Assembly (NCBI GenBank): GCA_032159235.1
Contig: JAVHWW010000075.1
Span: forward strand, 3,717 to 67,716
Direction: 5' to 3'
Source of the DNA: Acidobacteriota bacterium
Lineage (GTDB): Bacteria > Acidobacteriota > Blastocatellia > Pyrinomonadales > Pyrinomonadaceae
Length of the DNA: 64,000 nucleotides
Of this stretch, positions 17,689 through 24,993 are shown piece by piece. The number at the start of each line of letters is the position of its first letter. Position 1 is the first letter of the stretch. Position numbers and translations under genes: made by a program. The notes under the pieces were generated by a model that saw only the letters and a list, made by a program, of their open reading frames with translations, had not been told where the DNA came from and searched no databases.

Positions 17689-18996
17689 TTCTCAGTTCAC
17701 GTCGCATGGACTGTCGCGGCGCGTCTGTTGATGACGGTCAACAGTGTCGCTGCCGGAGTCATCGTCGCGCGCTGGCTCGGCGCGGAAGGCTTGGGACAGT
17801 TAGCGGTCATCAACGTCGCTGTCGCAACCATTGTTCAACTGAGCAGCGCGGGTCTGCCTTCGGCCAACACATATTTCATCGCGCGCGATAAGAGCCATTT
17901 CGCGCCCGCCGCCGTCAACTCGCTTATCTTCGCGCTCGTTGTCGGCGGACTGCTGGCTCTGTGTTTGACGGGCGCAGCCGTGTGGCGTCCCGGTTGGTTC
18001 GGATTCATTTCGCCGCGATTGATTGGCATCGCCTCCATCTCAATCCCGTTTCAACTCATCACGCTCGTCGGCCTCAACATCTTTCTGGCGGTCGGACGTG
18101 TGGGGCGTTTCAATCTCTTCGATCTGGTCGGACAATCATTCGTGCTCGTCAACGCCATCGTCGCGCTCGTCATCCTGAACGCGGGGCTGTGGCTGCTCGT
18201 CTCCTTAAATGCAGGCGCGAGCGTGGTGATTGCCATCCTGATCGTGGCTCTGATCGGAGCTTACGGCGCGCAGATGAAAGAGCGAGTCGCGTGGCGTCCT
18301 GATCTACGACTCTTCGGACGCATGATGCGCTATGGCTTAAAATTTCATATCTCGATTCTCGCGGGTGCGCTCATCTTTCGCGCTGATTTGCTGGTGGTCA
18401 ACCATTTTCGTGGAGGCGCGGAGGCGGGAGTTTATAGCGTGGCGTCGCAGGTGGCGATGATGTTGATGCTGCTGCCGGGCGTCATCGCCACGCTGCTTTT
18501 TCCGCGCGTTGCAGCGAAGCGGGATGAGACAGGCGGGTTGACCTGCGTGGTGACAAGGCACACGGCGTTTGTGATGCTATGCCTTTGTTTGCTTGCTGCA
18601 CCGCTCAGTTTCGTTCTACCAATTCTATATGGCGCGGCGTTCGCGGATGTGAGCGTGCAGTTATTGATCTTGCTGCCGGGCGTGTATCTCATCGGGTTGG
18701 AGTCTATACTCGTGCAGCACTTCAATGCTGTCGGATTACCGATGGCGATTCCGCTCTTCTGGGTGGCGACGCTGGCGATCAACGTCGCGCTCGTCTTCGG
18801 ACTCGTTCCGCCCTTTGGAGCGCGCGGCGCGGCGTTAGCTTCAACCGTAAGTTACGCTTTGATCTTCGCTCTGGTCGCCATCTATTTTAGGATGTACACC
18901 CGCCGTAAACTTTCAGAAATGTTCTTCCTGAGTGGCTCGGAACTACGTGAATTGTTCGCGGCACAACGATTGAAAGTATCTTCCAAAAGAGCTTGA
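17653..18996 (+). CDS. Wzx-like polysaccharide/oligosaccharide flippase (MOP superfamily)
   Basis: About 12 TM with an ARWLGAEGLGQ N-terminal motif. The ORF opens at 17518 but that part is the family D hairpin. TTG 17653 is the last in-frame start before the first TM helix. Start uncertain. Confidence 0.7.
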   Translation: MPRLRVPASPRRFSVHVAWTVAARLLMTVNSVAAGVIVARWLGAEGLGQLAVINVAVATIVQLSSAGLPSANTYFIARDKSHFAPAAVNSLIFALVVGGLLALCLTGAAVWRPGWFGFISPRLIGIASISIPFQLITLVGLNIFLAVGRVGRFNLFDLVGQSFVLVNAIVALVILNAGLWLLVSLNAGASVVIAILIVALIGAYGAQMKERVAWRPDLRLFGRMMRYGLKFHISILAGALIFRADLLVVNHFRGGAEAGVYSVASQVAMMLMLLPGVIATLLFPRVAAKRDETGGLTCVVTRHTAFVMLCLCLLAAPLSFVLPILYGAAFADVSVQLLILLPGVYLIGLESILVQHFNAVGLPMAIPLFWVATLAINVALVFGLVPPFGARGAALASTVSYALIFALVAIYFRMYTRRKLSEMFFLSGSELRELFAAQRLKVSSKRA

Positions 18997-20672
18997 TGAA
19001 AGAGAAGCCAGCCGCGCGTGAAGATACGCGGCGCAATCAGATGAAGATCGTTCTGCTTGTCTTGAGCGGCGAAGCAATCCGCGCGCGCGATGCGTTGGTT
19101 GAGTGTTATCCGCAGGCCGAAATGGTTGAGATTCCACGCGCGCGACTCGAAAGCAGCGCGATGACGCAGCGTCTCAGTGCCTTGCGCGCTCTGCGCCCGG
19201 ACATCTTCGCGGTGGCGACCGAACGCCTCGCCTGGCAGCGCGGACAGAATGCTTTCTTACTCTTCGGTGCGCTGGCCGGAGCGCGACGCACAATCATCCT
19301 GGATGCTCACGGCGCGCAGCGTGAAGAGACGCGCGCGCGCAGCTTGATCGCTTCGCCGACGCGACTTGCGCGCGAGGCTGCGATCAGCGCGGCGGCGATC
19401 CGGCGCGGGGGCCAGCAACTGCGGAGACTCGAACTAGCTATTAAACGCGGTGAGCATCTGCGAACAAGCCCGCAGCAGAATTTGGAAACCGACGCGACCA
19501 CGATTACCTATCTTCGCGCGACGCCCGGACCCGGCACACAAATGGGCGGCGCGGCGAGCCACATCAACGGTTTCATCAACGCAGCGTTAGAGCTAGGCGC
19601 GCACATTTCTCTGGTCAGCAACGATCAGATCGCGGGGCTTGATGAAAAGAGGACGCCGTTGAAAATCATCTGGCCGAAACCGATTGGCTCGACCCGCGCC
19701 GCCTTCGACATCTACAACAACCTGCGCTTCACGCACGATGCTGCGCAGGAGATTCAGGAACAGCCGCCGGATTTCATCTATCAACGCTACAGTCGCTTTA
19801 GCTGGGCAGGAGTTGCAGCGAGCTTGAGAACAGGACGTCCACTGTTTCTCGAATACAACGGCTCGGAGGTGTGGGTCGGGCGCTACTGGGATCGCGTCGG
19901 GATGTTGGGCTTGCTTGAGCGCTACGAGCGACTTAATCTCGCAGCCGCCACGCGCGTCTTCGTCGTCTCGGAGGTTGAGCGACAGAATCTACTGCGCGCC
20001 CGCGTTGCGGATGAAAAGATTGTGGTCAATCCAAACGGCGTGGACGCAGAGCGTTTTCAACCGCACATCGGCGGCGAGCGCGTGCGCCGTGAGCTGGGGA
20101 TTGAAGGAGATGAAACGCTCGTTGGCTTCGTCGGCACGTTCGGCCCCTGGCATGGTGTGTTGGCGCTGGCCGAAGCGATCAAGTTGATTCCGAAAGACGC
20201 TCGCGTGCGTTTTCTCTTGGTCGGAAGCGGCGCTTTGCGGAGCGAGGTCGAAAGAATTTTGCGCGAAGCGAATGTTGAGCGGCGCGCAATTATGACCGGC
20301 GCAGTCGAGCATGAGCGTGTGCCCGCGCTGCTTGATGCGTGCGATGTGCTCGCCTCGCCGCACGTGCCGCTCGAAGACGGAAGTGAATTCTTCGGCTCGC
20401 CGACAAAACTTTTCGAGTACATGGCGATGGGCAAGGGCATTGTCGCCAGCCGTCTGGGACAAATCGGCGAGGTGCTCGCGGACGAAGAGACGGCGCTGCT
20501 GGTCGAGCCGGGCAACGCGCTTGAGTTGAGCGAAGCCGTCATGCGTTTGGTAAACTCTCAACAGTTGCGCGAGAGACTCGGCGCAGCAGCCAGACGCGAG
20601 GCCATCGCCAAACACACGTGGACGCACAATGCTCGGCGTGTGTTGGATGCGTATCGTTCCTGGCGTAAATGA
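18993..20672 (+). CDS. Glycosyltransferase family 4 (GT-B) with about 170-aa N-terminal extension
   Basis: C-terminal GT1/GT4 core (GTFGPWHG, EFFGSPTKLFEYMAMGKGIVAS = E-x7-E region). Alternative start ATG 19041. Confidence 0.85.
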   Translation: MMKEKPAAREDTRRNQMKIVLLVLSGEAIRARDALVECYPQAEMVEIPRARLESSAMTQRLSALRALRPDIFAVATERLAWQRGQNAFLLFGALAGARRTIILDAHGAQREETRARSLIASPTRLAREAAISAAAIRRGGQQLRRLELAIKRGEHLRTSPQQNLETDATTITYLRATPGPGTQMGGAASHINGFINAALELGAHISLVSNDQIAGLDEKRTPLKIIWPKPIGSTRAAFDIYNNLRFTHDAAQEIQEQPPDFIYQRYSRFSWAGVAASLRTGRPLFLEYNGSEVWVGRYWDRVGMLGLLERYERLNLAAATRVFVVSEVERQNLLRARVADEKIVVNPNGVDAERFQPHIGGERVRRELGIEGDETLVGFVGTFGPWHGVLALAEAIKLIPKDARVRFLLVGSGALRSEVERILREANVERRAIMTGAVEHERVPALLDACDVLASPHVPLEDGSEFFGSPTKLFEYMAMGKGIVASRLGQIGEVLADEETALLVEPGNALELSEAVMRLVNSQQLRERLGAAARREAIAKHTWTHNARRVLDAYRSWRK

Positions 20673-20759
20673 GGGGTCAAAGGTTAAATGGGGAAATGGT
20701 TAAAGGGAAGGCGGTAGCCGTTCTGCCTTTTCACCATTTCCCCATTTAACCTTTCCCCT
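20673..20759. repeat. Family F palindromic element (8-nt units AAGGTTAA/ATGGGGAA)
   Basis: Left arm 20673-20714, loop 20715-20722, right arm 20723-20759. Starts at the nt after the TGA (20670-20672). Confidence 0.85.
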
Positions 20760-20780
20760 ATCCTTACTGAAAGGTGAAGC

Positions 20781-21611
20781 GTGAAAGTTGAAGATAGTCA
20801 AAGCGGGCTGGTGGCGGAGAAGCGGCGCGCCCGCGAGCAGTGGTCGCAAGACCCTTGCGGCGCACGATACGGCGCGAAGTATGAATTCGCCACGCGGGAA
20901 TTTTTCGATGAGGTTGAGCGGCATCGCTACTCTGAGTATGCGCCCTGGATGCCGGAGGTGATGGGGTTTGACAAATTCGCCGGGAAGCGGCTGCTGGAAA
21001 TCGGCTGCGGGATGGGGACAGACCTCTTGCAGTTTACGCGCGGCGGTGCACGCTGCACGGGCGTTGATCTCACGCCGCGCTCGGTCGAGATTTCAAGTCT
21101 GCACTTCGGACGTTACGACATGTGGGCGGATTTTGCGCTCGCTGATGGAGAGCACCTGCCCTTCGCAGACGAGAGTTTCGATGTCGTTTATTCCAACGGC
21201 GTGCTGCATCACACGCCGGACACCGCGCAGGCAATCAAAGAAGCTCATCGCGTCCTCAAGCCCGGCGGCGTCGCCAAAGTGATGCTTTATCATCGCCGCT
21301 CGTTCCATTATTGGAGCGACATCATCCTCTATCGCGGAATCCTGCACGGCCACTTCCTGCGCGGCCACTCGCCGCAGGAGATCATGAGCCGCTACGTGGA
21401 ATACTCCGAGCATGATGCCAAGCCGCTCGTCAAAGTCTATAACCGAAGACAGGCACGCGCGCTTTTCAAGCCTTTCCGTGAAGTGAAGACGGAAGTCGAG
21501 CAGATGGTTCGTGCGGAGTTGAGATTTCTGAGTCCGCTCTTTTCGGAAAAGATGTTTCGGCGATTACGACGCAACGCCGGATGGAACGTCATCATCACTG
21601 CGAAAAAGTGA
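20781..21611 (+). CDS. Class I SAM-dependent methyltransferase
   Basis: LLEIGCGMGTD motif I and DVVYSNGVLHH. GTG start with AAAGGTGAAG upstream. Confidence 0.85.
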   Translation: MKVEDSQSGLVAEKRRAREQWSQDPCGARYGAKYEFATREFFDEVERHRYSEYAPWMPEVMGFDKFAGKRLLEIGCGMGTDLLQFTRGGARCTGVDLTPRSVEISSLHFGRYDMWADFALADGEHLPFADESFDVVYSNGVLHHTPDTAQAIKEAHRVLKPGGVAKVMLYHRRSFHYWSDIILYRGILHGHFLRGHSPQEIMSRYVEYSEHDAKPLVKVYNRRQARALFKPFREVKTEVEQMVRAELRFLSPLFSEKMFRRLRRNAGWNVIITAKK

Positions 21612-21635
21612 CGGAGGTTGAAGAGGGGGATGAAA

Positions 21636-21748
21636 AACGACGCGGGGACACGGAGACACGGAGACGCGGCGAGAAGAAAGATTATTGACGAGACCACGCT
21701 TTTCTTTTCGCCGCGTCTCCGCGTCGCCCACTCTCCGCGTCTTCACCC
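21636..21748. repeat. Family D palindromic element
   Basis: Left arm about 21636-21680 (GGACACGG/AGACACGG/AGACGCGG units). Loop with ATTATTGACGAGACC. Right arm about 21700-21748. Lies between convergent genes. Confidence 0.85.
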
Positions 21749-21760
21749 TTGCTCTTCCAG

Positions 21761-22117
21761 CTAATCCTTCTTCACTACAGTTTTACTCTTGTAAGTGGTA
21801 TCGGCTCCGCCTCGTGAACGCCCGCGCGCTGAGAGGAGGACGATTAAGAGAATAGCCAGCAGCGCAATACCGCCGATTATCAGATAGAGAGGGTTGATGC
21901 CGGCGGCTTCAGTTGTGCTGGATGTCTGCTTTGTGGATTGCTGCGAACTGCTCTGCGTTGTTGGGTTGCTCTGCGTCGTCGTGGTCGTTGCTGGGCTGCT
22001 CTGCGTCGTGGTCGTGCCATTATTCTGCGCTAACGCTTGCATCGCAAACGGCGCGAAGCCCAAAGTCAAAGCGAGCACGATGGCTCTCGCAAAATTTACC
22101 AGGTTCAAAGATTTCAT
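21761..22117 (-). CDS. Small secreted Thr/Ser-rich protein with C-terminal TM anchor, hypothetical
   Basis: MKSLNLVNFARAIVLALTLGFAPFAMQALA signal peptide preceded by GGAGAAGGAGAA. T/S/Q-rich low-complexity middle. C-terminal hydrophobic helix plus basic tail. Confidence 0.5.
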   Translation of the reverse strand: MKSLNLVNFARAIVLALTLGFAPFAMQALAQNNGTTTTQSSPATTTTTQSNPTTQSSSQQSTKQTSSTTEAAGINPLYLIIGGIALLAILLIVLLSARGRSRGGADTTYKSKTVVKKD

Positions 22118-22538
22118 GATCGGAATTCTCCTTCTCCAAAAATTTAGGAAGGAAGAAAACACCTTCCTGTTCAAAGCAACTACCGACTCAACGCCATAAC
22201 CTGATGCGTTGAGTAACTCGATTCTCCAGTTCTCTGTTCAGTCTCGTGGCCTGTCTCTCCGCTTCAGAGCGTAAAGAAAGAAGACGCCGCACCCTTGAGC
22301 AACAGTGGTTTAGAGCCACTTTTGCAGGAAATCAGGACGGCGCTCGGACAGACGCAATAAGGTAGGCTATTATTGTGCCAAGCTGAGGAACGAAGATGGA
22401 GACGAGGATGGCTGCGAGCTATTGACCGAATCCTTAACTCACATGAAGCATGATGCGACTCTCGCGCTCCAATTCAAACTGAGCTAAGATACTCGCCCGT
22501 TAGTCACATCAACCGTTCGGATTTCAAACCAGTCTCCG

Positions 22539-23234
22539 ATGAAAAGTTGCCCTACATGCAATCGCACTTTTGAAGATACCTTCACTTTTTGTTTGGCTGA
22601 CGGTTCTTTACTTAATGCGCCATTTGACCCGCACGCTACGCTGGTTATTCCCGAACCGAGACAAACAGAGCCGCAGCAGATTAAGGCTTCACCTGCTGAG
22701 GCTTCCCGAAAGTCCAGTCGCTCTCCTTTGATTATGATTGGCATCGGCGCACTACTGATAACCGGTCTTATCTTCTTTATTGCCTCAAATCGGAGAGGCA
22801 GTACAGCCGAGAACTCCAACACAACGAATGAGCCTAAATCAGTGCCTTCAACTTCAGCGCCATCAGTATCCGGTTCAGAGACTACTTCCAATAATTCTTC
22901 TAGCGGCAAAGTCATTGACATAACGGACAGCAATTATGATAACGAAGTGATAAGTTCAAAGACGCCTGTGCTAATTCATTTCTGGGCGTCATGGAGTATT
23001 CCTGACCGCGAGCTTTCGCCAATAGTTGAAGCCCTTGCGAAAGAGTATGCCGGAAAGATAAAGGTCGGCAGAGTTGATTTTGATGAGAACGCCAAACTCA
23101 AAGAAAAATTTAATGTCCATGCTGTTCCAGAGATAATAGTTATAAAAAACGGAGTGGAGCAGGAGCGGGTTATCGGAACAACCTCTACAGAGAATCTCAA
23201 AATTGTGCTTAACAAATATACTGATAATCCGTAG
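22539..23234 (+). CDS. Zinc-ribbon / single-TM / thioredoxin-fold protein lacking the CxxC active site
   Basis: N-terminal CPTC...FC ribbon, TM at about residues 63-83, S/T/N linker, and a Trx fold VLIHFWASWSIPDR...VPE in which WCGPC is replaced by WSIPD (22992-23006). Confidence 0.75.
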   Translation: MKSCPTCNRTFEDTFTFCLADGSLLNAPFDPHATLVIPEPRQTEPQQIKASPAEASRKSSRSPLIMIGIGALLITGLIFFIASNRRGSTAENSNTTNEPKSVPSTSAPSVSGSETTSNNSSSGKVIDITDSNYDNEVISSKTPVLIHFWASWSIPDRELSPIVEALAKEYAGKIKVGRVDFDENAKLKEKFNVHAVPEIIVIKNGVEQERVIGTTSTENLKIVLNKYTDNP

Positions 23235-23245
23235 CGGTATTAGAT

Positions 23246-23281
23246 GCAAAAGCCTGCCCGTGGAAGGAGCAGGCTCTTTTC
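23246..23281. terminator. Bidirectional rho-independent terminator candidate
   Basis: AGCCTGC (23251-57) pairs with GCAGGCT (23269-75). Flanked by CAAAA upstream and CTTTT downstream. Lies between convergent ORFs. Confidence 0.5.
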
Positions 23282-23307
23282 GCATACAGCAATCCGAAGC
23301 TAGTAGC

Positions 23308-23439
23308 TTAACTTCCTTCGCTTGTATCCACCGTTGCCAGTTGAGAGTTAATAACTCTATTCTTCCTTAGCTTGCGAATCCTCGAAGCCGTGACGACCAG
23401 ACTAGAAGCAATGAGTAAGATGACCGCTTGTTCTAACAT
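23308..23439 (-). CDS. Possible 43-aa membrane peptide (below the ORF-track cutoff)
   Basis: Translates to MLEQAVILLIASSLVVTASRIRKLRKNRVINSQLATVDTSEGS. GGGAAGGA lies 4 nt upstream of the ATG. One TM helix plus a basic stretch. The terminator candidate lies downstream. Confidence 0.25.
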   Translation of the reverse strand: MLEQAVILLIASSLVVTASRIRKLRKNRVINSQLATVDTSEGS

Positions 23440-23737
23440 TTAATCCTTCCCTTTGTTCGTTTAATCTCTGCGAAAGTGAAACTGATAATAAGGGATAGAT
23501 TCCCAAGTCGAGGTAGAAGAAACAGAAAAGTGAGAGTGTTGACAGTTCCGATATAAATCTGAGGACAGCGTTAAAGCAGACTTGACGTGAGCAACTATGA
23601 ATCGTTCAGCTTCTGCTCAGATGAGAAATCCAGAAACAAGCATGTTAGTATTCAACAGGTATTTCTTGAGTACCTCTTGAGTACCTCAAGGGCAAAATCA
23701 GGGTCAAAATTAGCTTCAAAAGCGTGGAGAATCGCTT

Positions 23738-24970
23738 ATTTTCACAGGAAAATCCATCATCTGCTTTGCCGGTGAAGATTGGTGGTATCACCATCCGCAC
23801 TCGAAGAACCACTTGATGCGCAGGTTTGCGCGTGCAGGCAATAAGGTCATCTTCGTCAATTCGATTTCGATGGGTTTGGCTTCTGTCACGAACAAGGACT
23901 TGCTTCCGCGCGTGGCGAGAAAGTTGAAATCTTACGCGAAGCTGGCGCGCACGACGGAAGAAGGCATCACTGTAGTCTCACCTGCCGCGTTGCCTTTCTT
24001 CGGGAGTCGCGCCTCGCGTGCAGCTAATCGTCATCTACTGAGCGCGCAGGTCGGGGCGCTGGCGCGCAGTCGTGGACTCAGGAATCCTATCTTGTGGATT
24101 GCTATTCCGACAGCCGTTGAGATGATCGGACGGCTTCATGAGCAGTTGGTCGTTTACCAAGTCTCGGATAAGTACGACGCGAACACGATGGATCACGCGA
24201 CCGACCCAAAGACGATTCGCATCCTGCACGAACGCGCGTTAGATTCCGCCGACATCATCTTATATTCGGGACGCAAACTTCTGGCGGAAGCGACCAATGG
24301 GCGCGAGCGTTCATTTCTTTTGGAGCAAGCGGTTGATTTCGAGCACTGGGCGCGTGTAGGAAGCGGAGAGCTTGAAGTTGCGGAAGAAGTCGCACAGATT
24401 CCACGTCCGCGCATCGGCTACTTCGGCGCGATTGAACCCTGGCTCGTGGATCAGGAGTTAATCAAGCGGGCCTCGCGCGAACGTCCTCTCTGGCATTGGG
24501 TCTTCATCGGCAATCGCTCGCGCGGGCTTGAGATTGAAAATTTGCCGAACGTGCATTTTATTCCGCCCGTGAAATACGATGAGCTGCCACGCTACGCCGC
24601 AGGCTTCGACGTCTGCGTGCTGCCGTGGGAGACTGAGCAGACGTTCACCTCTTACGGCTCGGCTATCAAGGTGCGAGAATATCTGGCGACCGGCAAGCCC
24701 GTCGTCATCGCGCCGCTCCCCGAATATGAGCCGATGGCGGATGTGCTACGCATCGCTCGCAGCCGCGATGACTTTCTCAGGTTGGTTGAGGATGCGCTTG
24801 ACGAACAGGGAACTGAGCAGGCGCTCGCTCGCCAGGCCGCAGTGAGAGGTGGAACATGGGACGCGCGCGCAGAATGGGTCAGTAATTTAATTGAAGAAGC
24901 ACTGAAGAAAAAGTGGTCAGTGGTCAGTGGTCAGTGGTCAGTTGAAAAGACTGAACCGACTGACCACTGA
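23738..24970 (+). CDS. GT-B glycosyltransferase; probable non-canonical ATT start
   Basis: The first ATG (23813) truncates the conserved N-terminus. In-frame upstream codons read FTGKSIICFAGEDWWYHHPHSKNHL after TAG 23711-13. ATT 23738 sits 7 nt after GGAGA (23726-30). The C-terminal 19 codons are read from the family A repeat. Confidence 0.7.
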   Translation: MFTGKSIICFAGEDWWYHHPHSKNHLMRRFARAGNKVIFVNSISMGLASVTNKDLLPRVARKLKSYAKLARTTEEGITVVSPAALPFFGSRASRAANRHLLSAQVGALARSRGLRNPILWIAIPTAVEMIGRLHEQLVVYQVSDKYDANTMDHATDPKTIRILHERALDSADIILYSGRKLLAEATNGRERSFLLEQAVDFEHWARVGSGELEVAEEVAQIPRPRIGYFGAIEPWLVDQELIKRASRERPLWHWVFIGNRSRGLEIENLPNVHFIPPVKYDELPRYAAGFDVCVLPWETEQTFTSYGSAIKVREYLATGKPVVIAPLPEYEPMADVLRIARSRDDFLRLVEDALDEQGTEQALARQAAVRGGTWDARAEWVSNLIEEALKKKWSVVSGQWSVEKTEPTDH

Positions 24971-24989
24971 CCACTGACCACTGACCACT
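24912..24989 (+). repeat. Family A palindromic element (core in plus orientation)
   Basis: Left arm 24912-24942, loop TGAAAAGACTGAACCGA 24943-24959, right arm 24960-24989. Contains the GT stop (24968-70). ATG of the next gene at 24994. Confidence 0.9.
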
Positions 24990-24993
24990 TTGT

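Noticed and set aside
22146-22168. AGGAAGG/CCTTCCT hairpin and the 360-nt non-coding stretch 22175-22538, considered as a possible ncRNA or riboswitch.
   Set aside because: I recognised no conserved riboswitch core. It is more simply the divergent promoter/5'-UTR region of 21761-22117 and 22539-23234. It is left unannotated.
23587-23775. 62-aa ORF in the AT-rich gap upstream of the second glycosyltransferase.
   Set aside because: It has no SD and a low-complexity product. Its 3' part overlaps, in another frame, the conserved in-frame N-terminal extension of the glycosyltransferase.
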